DNA from: an uncultured Thermodesulfobacteriota bacterium
GTDB lineage: Bacteria; Desulfobacterota; Anaeroferrophillalia; Anaeroferrophillales; Tharpellaceae
Direction of reading: 5' to 3'
Assembly: GCA_964457755.1 (NCBI GenBank)
Contig: CAYWGC010000001.1
Location: 128,332-192,331 of the forward strand
Length of the DNA stretch: 64,000 bases
In this document: positions 56,357 through 64,000 of the stretch, one piece after another
Layout of the letters: each line of letters begins with the position of its first letter
How positions within the stretch are numbered: position 1 is the stretch's first letter
Made by a program: the position numbers and the translations under genes
Notes under the pieces: generated by a model
What the model saw: only the letters and a program-made list of their open reading frames with translations
Databases searched by the model: none
Told to the model about the DNA's origin: nothing

Positions 56357-57199
56357 TCAATCTGTGGGGGCAGCCTTTTCTTTGTCGGATTTTATGCGTA
56401 TTTCAACTTTTTGTCGATTGATCTTACCCATTCCAAACCACCGGAAAAGGATATCAACCAGGCGTGGGAATATTACACCAAGTATTATTAACGGCTTAAC
56501 CGGCATACTGTTTACAAATACCCGACTTTTATATCTTGAGGTGCAATTAATAACTTCGTCTGCAACCTCCCGAGTTGTGCAAGATCCGAGAAAAGCTGGA
56601 TAGTTCACCCCAATATTAAAAATCATACCGGCGTCAGCAACACCTCCCGGATTAACCGAAGAAACTTTTACGCCGGTCTCGTGTAACTCCTGGCGCAGAG
56701 CGTCGGTCCACATCTCCATTCCACCTTTTGACGTATCATAAAGAGAGTTGTAGATTTCACCCAACTTACCAGCCAGTGAGCTGATATTGATGATGTGTCC
56801 TTTTCTTCGAGCCAGCATCTTCGGCAGCAACAACTTTGTCATTTCCATGGGAGCGATCAGGTTGACATTAATGATAGAGGTGATGTCCTCTAAGTCATAC
56901 TTTACAAAGTAACCATATTTCTCCAGCCCTGCATTGTTAACCAGAACATCAATATGGGGGGCGAGTTCATTTATCTGCTCGACCAAATTTCTAATTTGCG
57001 ATACTTCTCCCAGGTCAAAGGCAATGGCGTGGGCTTTGCCACCCAAGGCTTCAACCCGTTCACAGGTTTTTTGTAGACCTTCCATCGATCTCGCGACCAG
57101 AATCAAATTGGCCTTTTTTTTAGCAAATTCTTCGGCAATATTAACCCCGAGTCCGCGACTCGCGCCGGTAACGATCACCCAGGCATTTTCTAAATTCAT
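56357..57199 (-). CDS. SDR-family oxidoreductase (280 aa)
   Basis: VTGASRGLG, NNAG, and the Y..SK catalytic pair YDTSKGG. Confidence 0.8.
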   Translation of the reverse strand: MNLENAWVIVTGASRGLGVNIAEEFAKKKANLILVARSMEGLQKTCERVEALGGKAHAIAFDLGEVSQIRNLVEQINELAPHIDVLVNNAGLEKYGYFVKYDLEDITSIINVNLIAPMEMTKLLLPKMLARRKGHIINISSLAGKLGEIYNSLYDTSKGGMEMWTDALRQELHETGVKVSSVNPGGVADAGMIFNIGVNYPAFLGSCTTREVADEVINCTSRYKSRVFVNSMPVKPLIILGVIFPRLVDILFRWFGMGKINRQKVEIRIKSDKEKAAPTD

Positions 57200-57296
57200 T
57201 TTTATTCTCCTAAATATTTATAACTTCAAAAAAATGGGATCAAGATCAACCCGTTCGAAAATCTTGACCCCATCTTAAAGATTTATCTGTAATTTT

Positions 57297-58562
57297 TTAC
57301 AAGGTTTCGCATTCGAACCAGTAGCGAGCATTTTCCAGGGTCTTCAAACCATATCCACCCATCCAGAGGCTAATAATCTTACTGTCCCGCCAATGCTTCT
57401 CAAGCCCGTACTCTCGGGCGTACCCGGCTGAACTCATAAAATCCATGGCTCGACTGCAAACCCGCTCTACGGCAATACTTGCATGCACGGCCAAGCCTCT
57501 GCTTTTAAGGGTGAATCCTTCATCCCAAGATTTTGTGCCATAAATTTCAGGATGATCCCATTCCCTTATATAGGCCCACATCCAGGCGGATGTCGATTCA
57601 ATGTTGATGGCTACTTCAGAAAGCATGTCAGCACAAATGCTGTGTTCTTTTAGAGGTTTGCCGGCAACGATTCGTTCGGTAGTCCATGTTTTAATAATAT
57701 CATAAACCCCTTTCATAATCCCCACAGCCATGGCTGCAGCCCCGATTTGGCCCATGCTGACGGTTCGCAACCAGTACTTTGCATCGTCACCCGGTCCGTG
57801 CAAGCGATATCGTTTGGGGATCCTGACATGGTCGAACCAGACATCCGAGTTCATATCCGCAGACATCCCGGCCTTATGATAAGGATTACCAACCGCGACC
57901 CCTTCACTGTCACGCGGAACCAGGAAAAGGCCGAAGTCATTAAGATCCGTACTTCCTTTTTTGGTTGTTGCTATTACGACATAGAGGTCTCCGACCGTAC
58001 CGGTGTTGGTGGCCCAGATTTTATGCCCGTTGATCACCCATTCATTGCCTTCAAGGGTGGCCGTAGTCTGTATGGTTTTCCCTTTCAAAACCCCAAGGTT
58101 TTCAACGTCAGCCCCACTTGCGGGTTCGGTGATCAGGTGGCTACCCATATATAATTCTTTGCCACAGAATTTAGGAGCAAACTCCTTAAGCAGTTCCATA
58201 TTTCTTGTCGGTTTCATCAAGATCGGTACAAGTCCCCAAGTTGAACACAAGCAGGCCGTGGCAAATCCTGAATCAATTCGACTCAGCTCTTCAGCAACCA
58301 TGCAGGTCAGGGCCATATATTCGTTTTCCGGTACATCTTGACCACCAAATTCAGCCGGGAAAAAAGCGGCATTAAGGCCGAAATCAACCAAGATCTCTTT
58401 TAAGAGCGGCTCGACCAGCTTGTGATCTTTCCAGTCTTCATCTACGTGCTCTACGATTGGTTTCAATCGGTCTTCCGCCCATTTTCTAACAGTGAGCCGC
58501 ATTTGCGTTTGCAACTCTGAGCCCCACTCCTTCGGCCTAATAAAATCATCAATACCCGGCAT
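57297..58562 (-). CDS. Acyl-CoA dehydrogenase family protein
   Basis: ACAD N-terminal, middle and C-terminal domain motifs. Start moved to the ATG at 58562 (GGAGA RBS) rather than 58598. Confidence 0.8.
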   Translation of the reverse strand: MPGIDDFIRPKEWGSELQTQMRLTVRKWAEDRLKPIVEHVDEDWKDHKLVEPLLKEILVDFGLNAAFFPAEFGGQDVPENEYMALTCMVAEELSRIDSGFATACLCSTWGLVPILMKPTRNMELLKEFAPKFCGKELYMGSHLITEPASGADVENLGVLKGKTIQTTATLEGNEWVINGHKIWATNTGTVGDLYVVIATTKKGSTDLNDFGLFLVPRDSEGVAVGNPYHKAGMSADMNSDVWFDHVRIPKRYRLHGPGDDAKYWLRTVSMGQIGAAAMAVGIMKGVYDIIKTWTTERIVAGKPLKEHSICADMLSEVAINIESTSAWMWAYIREWDHPEIYGTKSWDEGFTLKSRGLAVHASIAVERVCSRAMDFMSSAGYAREYGLEKHWRDSKIISLWMGGYGLKTLENARYWFECETL

Positions 58563-58886
58563 ATCAAGTCTCCACTTTTTGTTAGCTGTAGCCAACATGG
58601 CCCAGCATCAGGTTTTAAAGGCAGCCTAATTTGTCCCGCTAAACAGCAACCTTAACTTCATTATATCTATGACTGTATTTAGTTTGCAGGAAATGTGCCA
58701 GGCCGACTTATTCAAAAATTAACCTATAAATTCAACTTGTTACTTAACTAAAAGCGGAATATGGAATGCATTTGAAATTTCAATTAAACAGGACAGAAAT
58801 GACCCGAAGCAGGCATGCCGGTTCTCAACCCATTACAATGACAAGACATATTGCGATATGCCAATTACGGCCCACTCATGGGTCAT

Positions 58887-61800
58887 TTACAACCCATCTT
58901 CGTGAGATAGGAGTCCGCATGATTTCATCTTGCGATAAAGCGTCTTGCGGCCTATGCCGAGAATTGATGCGACTCGAGTCCGGCTCCACTGATTCTCTTC
59001 CAGAAGACGGCCAATATATCTTTTCTCAAACTCCACCACAACTTCATGTAAAGGACGGTCGGAAGATTCCACAGGTTCTATATTCAGCTCAACTGAGTCA
59101 GCCGGACTCTCGTCAGAATCAGCAATCCCCAAAAAATCCAGACGATTAAGGGCGACATACCGGTGCAATGTGTTTTGTAACTCCCGAACATTCCCGGACC
59201 ACTCATAGTCCAACATCCGGGAGACAACTTGGGCGGGCAAATGAGGCTCAGTTTTTTCATACCCGTTTGCATGCCAAAAATGTTCGATGAGCAGAGGGAT
59301 ATCTTCACGTCTTTCGCGCAGGGATGGCATATGTATAGGGAAGATATTAACCCGATAATAAAAATCTTCCCGCATCAGGCCTTTCACAACCTGATTTTTC
59401 AGACCCAGATTAGTTGCGGCGACAATGCGAAAGTCGGGTTTTTTTAACTCGCGACTTCCCAAAGGCGTAAAACCTCCCCCCTCCAGAGCCCGCAAAAGTT
59501 TAACTTGTAAATTGAGGCTGAGTTCACCTAATTCATCCAAAAACAGGGTACCCTTGTCAGCCAGCTCCAAAAAACCCTCTTTATCTGTAACGGCACCGGT
59601 AAAAGCCCCTTTTTTGTATCCGAAAAACTCACTTTCGAGTAAATTTTCCGGGATCGCACCACAGTTAACCGGAAGAAATCGGCCGCCTTTACGATCGCTC
59701 ATATCGTGAATAGCGCGAGCCGCCAACTCTTTGCCCGTACCTGATTTTCCATATATTATTACCGGCACATCAGTAGCTGCAGCCTTAATAATAAGTTCGT
59801 AAATTTCCTGCATAATCGCACTTTTGCCTATGATGTTGGCGAATTTATAGCGATCTTTAATGTTGGAACGTAAACGAATATTTTCTTTTCTCAGGTATTC
59901 TTCCCGACCCTGCAAAGCTTCCACAGCCTGCTTACATTCCGTTATATCAACAAAGAATCCTTCGATCAGTTTTATTGCTCCATTCTCCTCATAGACCGTT
60001 CGTGCATGCAGGGAAGCCCACATAACGCTTCCATCTTTACGCCGAAACTGAACTTCCAAGCCGGATATAGCTTGTTCACTCTGGATGAGATCGAGAAATT
60101 TATGCCGATCCGCCGAAGCCACGTACAACTGTTTGCCAATGTCATCGACACTATCTAACAACTCTTTGGTAGAGTCGTAACCCAAGAGCCGGGCCATAGC
60201 TGGATTGGCACTTAAAAACTTACCGTCCGGCGTAATTTGTAAAATACCTTCCACCGCATTTTCGAAAATACTGCGGTATTGTGCTTCGGTGGTTTTAAGG
60301 TTTGAAAAGAGTTTGGCATTTTCGACCGAAATGGCAATCTGAGTAGCCAGGATTTTTATTACTTCAAGCCTCTCAATCGTAAAAACCCCGGCCGACAAGC
60401 TGTTTTCCAGATAGATTATACCAGTCAGTTCCATCTTATGGATAATCGGGACGCACAAGATTGACCTAGAATTATTTCCTCTAATATATGGATCTTGCAC
60501 AAACCGTCCTTCGCGGAAAGCGTCGTATAAAACCACATTTTCCATGGTTCGAACCACATGCTCGACAATCTCCAAGCTTATATCTTTAAAATCTTCAACC
60601 GGAACTCCCGATCGCGAGAGCACTATCTCCTGGTCCAGAGTACTGTAAGCTTCGACCTCCAGACCGCCACTCTGCTTAAACATAAGAACACCTTTTTGGG
60701 CTCCAACATTCTCCATCAAGACTTTCATGAAAATATTGATAAGCTCGTCAATAAGGATCTCACTTGAGACGGCCTGGGAGGCTTTTATAACCGAGACCAG
60801 GTCGATGCCATCGAGCCGGGATTGTGCGGCGGCACCGGTGAAAGCAATTTCACCTTTGGCAATATAGTTAATCGCAGAATCGCTATTTTTCATCAGGTCG
60901 GGGTATTTTTTTTCCAGATGTTTTACCTTTCGCAGAGCCCCCCATTGCCTATAGCTGCTCCAAGCTTTATGCATATAGAGCCGGGCCAGAGTATCTTTAC
61001 CTTTATTCAGCCAGAACTTTGCGGTCAGTTCAAAGGAGAGAGCTTCTTCATTGATATAACCATTTTTATGGGCCTCAGCTATGGCCAGGTCGTAATGCTC
61101 GAAAGCCTCCATCTCACACCCCAAGATACGCAGACGCTCAGCTTCCACTAAAAGGTATTTATGACGATGATTCATCGGGGCATGATTGGCCCAAATTTCC
61201 ATCTTGCCTTGATTCTGAACCACTTTTCGTAATATTTCAGCCTTTTCCCCTTGCGCGGCCTTTGCATAGCAGGCCAAACGAATCAAAGAATCATAGAAGT
61301 AAAAAACCGGGACAACAAACATGGCGAGGGTGCCATCAAGGTAGCTCTCGGCCTGTCGAGCATCCTCCAATGCAAGTTCATATTCTGCAAACAGATAACC
61401 GAGAATCATCTTATTTAGGTAGAAATAGTTGAGTGCGTGTCGATCTTCAACTTGTCGATGCTGAGCCGGCATTACCCGTTCATCATACACCTCCCCCAGC
61501 AAGATGTGAGGCTCCCCCTTGCCTCCTCTCAGGTTTAAAACCGCCTGTTGAAAAACCGAATGAAAATGCAAAACGGTCACCTGCCGATGTTGCTTTAGCG
61601 CCAGATTGAAACGCTCCATCTCCTCCACTACCCAGGCCAGATCCTGACCTGATAAATAGGCGTGGGAGCATCGATTAAAGGCGCAGAAATCGGCAAATTG
61701 AAGGTCGCCGGTCGCCATGCCGCTCTGATACCCAGCCAGTAGAGGATCAAGCGTTTCACGAAGATGTTCCCTGTTATGACGAATATGGACATTAAAAACC

Positions 61801-64000
61801 TCGATGTTTTTACAACGGAATTCACTGCAATCTTTCTTTTCGGCAAGTTCCATTCCCAACTTGCCATATTGATAGCCGGTATCGATATCTGCATAAAGAC
61901 CGGTCAAGATAAAACCATATACCGAATATAAAAAAGCGGACTCGGGTAAGTTGCCGTAAATAACCGACAAGGTGACGGTTTTAAAGACCATCAACGGAAA
62001 AAGACGCGGACGGGAAAAATAGACCGGAACACAAATATCGGACAACAACTTAAATGCAGCCTTTTTAACGAGATCAGTCATACTTGGCATTTGCACCAGT
62101 TCCTCAATCGTTTTTTTCTGCAAAAGTGATCTGGTCTCCACAAAGGCAGCCTGTACATCCTTGATCTCGGGGTGCTCAGGAAAACAGATACCCAACAGCT
62201 TCAGTATTGCAAAGCCCGAATCTATCGCCTCCGTTAACCGATTCTGGGCAAGATAGGCCTGGATACGGCTCCTGTAAGCGCTGACCTGATCAAGAGGATT
62301 CCTAGAATTCCTTTTTACCTCTCCAAACAGAACTTCTATCTCGTCTAGATTCACGTTCATATAGGCTGTCTGTAAGGTTTCCGTGTAGAGAGATAAGGTC
62401 AGATCATAATTAGTTTTCCAAGCCTCTGAAGAGAGGAGCCCCAAGCCGGTCTTTGCATACTGAAAAGCATGTTCGAATGCTGCAGAATTCTTGGCTTGCC
62501 GGCTGGCGATCAAGTTAAATTCCGCCACCTGGTTACGTTCATCCCGATCTTTGATAAGTTTTTCGGAGATATTCAGATGACGAACAATTTCAAAAACTTC
62601 ATCCTCAAGTTTCCCGGGATTGGTAGATTTAATTTTATTCCGACCAAGCTCCAGGTGTATCTCTCTACTCCACTCTTGATCAGTCATCTCAAATATGGCC
62701 TGCTGGATACGATCATGCAAAAACTTGAACGTGACAACTTCATCAGAACCTGTACCTGCATTAACACCTTGATAGTCAACACTGGAAATAAGTAAGCCAT
62801 TTTCGACCGCGGGCAAGATCTCCTGCAACAAGCGGTTGAAACCTTTTTCCATAATCGCATCCAGGGTAACAAGGTCAAATCGATTCCCGATACAGGCCCC
62901 TACTTTAACAATACTCAGAGTGTCGGCAGGAAGTCGTTCAACAGTTCTTATAAGCAAATCAACTACGTTTTCCGTAACGCTCAACTCCTTGATCTTCTGC
63001 AGATCCCATTGCCAACGCCGATTATCCAACGCAAACCACAACAAACCTTCCTGAAATATTGCATTAAGAAAACAGGTAATAAAGAACGGATTGCCATTGG
63101 TTTTTTCCCATACCGTACGCGTCAGAAAACTGACTTGGGATTTTTTCAATTTAAGTGTATCAGCGATAAATTGGGTGATATCGATCAAATCCAATGGCTC
63201 TAAAACAATCTCCTCGACACAGCCCCCTTCAGACCGCAACACTTCAATGGTATCATTCAATGCATTAAATTGGGCCACTTCATTTGAACGATAGGCACAA
63301 ATCAATAAAATGTACTTCGTCTCTTCATCCGCCATAACCGAGCTAAGCAGCTTAAGTGAAGCGACATCGGCCCATTGCAAGTCATCGAGAAAGACCACCA
63401 GAGAATGACCGGCCTCTCCAAAAATCCTGAAAAACTTTGTAATGGTATGAATGAACCGGTTTTGTGACTCTATCGGTTTCAATTCTTCAATCGCTGGTTG
63501 AGGGCCAATGATTAATTCCATTTCCGGATAAATATCGATAATTATCTGCCCGTTAGCACCGAGCGCAGTTAATATTTTCTCTTTCCAGCGCTTGAGATTA
63601 TCCGGGCTCTCTCTTAAAAGCTGACGGATCAGGGAAACAAAAATATCAACCAAGACACCATAGGGAATGTGTTGGGCGGCCCGATTAAATTTACCCGACA
63701 AAAGAAAACCCATTTTTTGTGGTGTCAGAAAATAAATTTCATTTACGATTGAGGTTTTTCCGATGCCAGCGTCACCGGATATCAGGATTAATTCCTTACG
63801 ACCTTGGCATACATTCTCAAAACTCTTAGAAAGAAGGCTTAATTCCCGATTGCGCCCATAAAGTTTTTCCGGGATTTTTAAGAGGTGAGAAAAATCAAAC
63901 TGACCAAGGCTGAAGTCATCTATCCAACCGCTTGCCGCCAACCGGCTAAGACATTTTTCCAGGTCTGCGACCAGACCGGAAGCACTTTGATAGCGCTGCT
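58887..64000 (-). CDS. Giant multidomain sigma-54-dependent regulator, partial (its N-terminus lies beyond the window): C-terminal end of a Ser/Thr protein-kinase domain, AAA_16/STAND NTPase, TPR-like helical array, GAF, PAS, AAA+ sigma-54 activator, Fis HTH
   Basis: The frame stays open to the window end and encodes ...QQRYQSASGLVADLEKCL (kinase-domain C-terminus) before MAASGWIDD. STAND P-loop GDAGIGKTS. GAF and PAS regions. Sigma-54 module GKSGTGKE / GAFTGA / ESEFFG. Terminal HTH. Confidence 0.75.
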   Translation of the reverse strand, partial: QRYQSASGLVADLEKCLSRLAASGWIDDFSLGQFDFSHLLKIPEKLYGRNRELSLLSKSFENVCQGRKELILISGDAGIGKTSIVNEIYFLTPQKMGFLLSGKFNRAAQHIPYGVLVDIFVSLIRQLLRESPDNLKRWKEKILTALGANGQIIIDIYPEMELIIGPQPAIEELKPIESQNRFIHTITKFFRIFGEAGHSLVVFLDDLQWADVASLKLLSSVMADEETKYILLICAYRSNEVAQFNALNDTIEVLRSEGGCVEEIVLEPLDLIDITQFIADTLKLKKSQVSFLTRTVWEKTNGNPFFITCFLNAIFQEGLLWFALDNRRWQWDLQKIKELSVTENVVDLLIRTVERLPADTLSIVKVGACIGNRFDLVTLDAIMEKGFNRLLQEILPAVENGLLISSVDYQGVNAGTGSDEVVTFKFLHDRIQQAIFEMTDQEWSREIHLELGRNKIKSTNPGKLEDEVFEIVRHLNISEKLIKDRDERNQVAEFNLIASRQAKNSAAFEHAFQYAKTGLGLLSSEAWKTNYDLTLSLYTETLQTAYMNVNLDEIEVLFGEVKRNSRNPLDQVSAYRSRIQAYLAQNRLTEAIDSGFAILKLLGICFPEHPEIKDVQAAFVETRSLLQKKTIEELVQMPSMTDLVKKAAFKLLSDICVPVYFSRPRLFPLMVFKTVTLSVIYGNLPESAFLYSVYGFILTGLYADIDTGYQYGKLGMELAEKKDCSEFRCKNIEVFNVHIRHNREHLRETLDPLLAGYQSGMATGDLQFADFCAFNRCSHAYLSGQDLAWVVEEMERFNLALKQHRQVTVLHFHSVFQQAVLNLRGGKGEPHILLGEVYDERVMPAQHRQVEDRHALNYFYLNKMILGYLFAEYELALEDARQAESYLDGTLAMFVVPVFYFYDSLIRLACYAKAAQGEKAEILRKVVQNQGKMEIWANHAPMNHRHKYLLVEAERLRILGCEMEAFEHYDLAIAEAHKNGYINEEALSFELTAKFWLNKGKDTLARLYMHKAWSSYRQWGALRKVKHLEKKYPDLMKNSDSAINYIAKGEIAFTGAAAQSRLDGIDLVSVIKASQAVSSEILIDELINIFMKVLMENVGAQKGVLMFKQSGGLEVEAYSTLDQEIVLSRSGVPVEDFKDISLEIVEHVVRTMENVVLYDAFREGRFVQDPYIRGNNSRSILCVPIIHKMELTGIIYLENSLSAGVFTIERLEVIKILATQIAISVENAKLFSNLKTTEAQYRSIFENAVEGILQITPDGKFLSANPAMARLLGYDSTKELLDSVDDIGKQLYVASADRHKFLDLIQSEQAISGLEVQFRRKDGSVMWASLHARTVYEENGAIKLIEGFFVDITECKQAVEALQGREEYLRKENIRLRSNIKDRYKFANIIGKSAIMQEIYELIIKAAATDVPVIIYGKSGTGKELAARAIHDMSDRKGGRFLPVNCGAIPENLLESEFFGYKKGAFTGAVTDKEGFLELADKGTLFLDELGELSLNLQVKLLRALEGGGFTPLGSRELKKPDFRIVAATNLGLKNQVVKGLMREDFYYRVNIFPIHMPSLRERREDIPLLIEHFWHANGYEKTEPHLPAQVVSRMLDYEWSGNVRELQNTLHRYVALNRLDFLGIADSDESPADSVELNIEPVESSDRPLHEVVVEFEKRYIGRLLEENQWSRTRVASILGIGRKTLYRKMKSCGLLSHEDGL

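Noticed and set aside
58766-59149. 127-aa plus-strand ORF overlapping the 3-prime end of the giant regulator
   Set aside because: Overlaps a well-supported minus-strand gene (sigma-54 HTH region); Arg/Ser-rich shadow-frame composition.
1-64000. Searched for CRISPR arrays, tRNA/rRNA genes, IS elements and integrases
   Set aside because: No spaced direct repeats, no cloverleaf-compatible conserved tRNA motifs, and no transposase or recombinase-like ORFs were seen. The only repeats are short inverted repeats interpreted as terminators.

Overview
64-kb chromosomal segment, about 50% GC, with the gene repertoire of an anaerobic, metal-respiring Deltaproteobacteria/Desulfuromonadota-type organism (taxonomy is inference). 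No rRNA, tRNA, CRISPR array, transposase or integrase was recognised. The dominant theme is extracellular electron transfer: (i) an mtrCAB-like module at 2.4-7.6 kb: decaheme cytochrome with an internal pentaheme duplication, MtrA-like periplasmic decaheme, 670-aa MtrB/PioB-like porin; (ii) a second porin-cytochrome cluster at 22.9-29.4 kb: 465-aa beta-barrel, 12-heme lipoprotein cytochrome, and a roughly 1340-aa octaheme cytochrome whose signal-peptide exon is separated from its body by a single in-frame TGA that is followed by a SECIS-like hairpin. Between these lies the best candidate for an undescribed system (15.8-21.9 kb): a translationally coupled HEAT-repeat protein / divergent Hsp70-like ATPase / small protein operon, directly followed by a Ycf46-like AAA+ ATPase / Ycf35(DUF1257)-like / DUF2997-like triad. 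Other content: degraded MMPL-exporter, LolA-like and OMP remnants at the window start; AsmA; a PaaK-like CoA ligase with a TRAP dctPQM transporter; a BtuB-like TonB receptor with a fused ECF transporter; two GT2 glycosyltransferases; an HdrD-like Fe-S protein; a rhodanese; a Cache sensor kinase and NtrC-type regulator with an apparent sigma-54-driven satP; a standalone haem-c Cache protein; a Cache-PAS-CBS-DUF294 signalling protein; a low-GC crotonase islet; an acyl-CoA ligase; an unusual aldehyde:ferredoxin oxidoreductase-Fe-alcohol dehydrogenase fusion; beta-oxidation-type enzymes; and a giant kinase-STAND-GAF-PAS-sigma-54 activator that runs off the window end.
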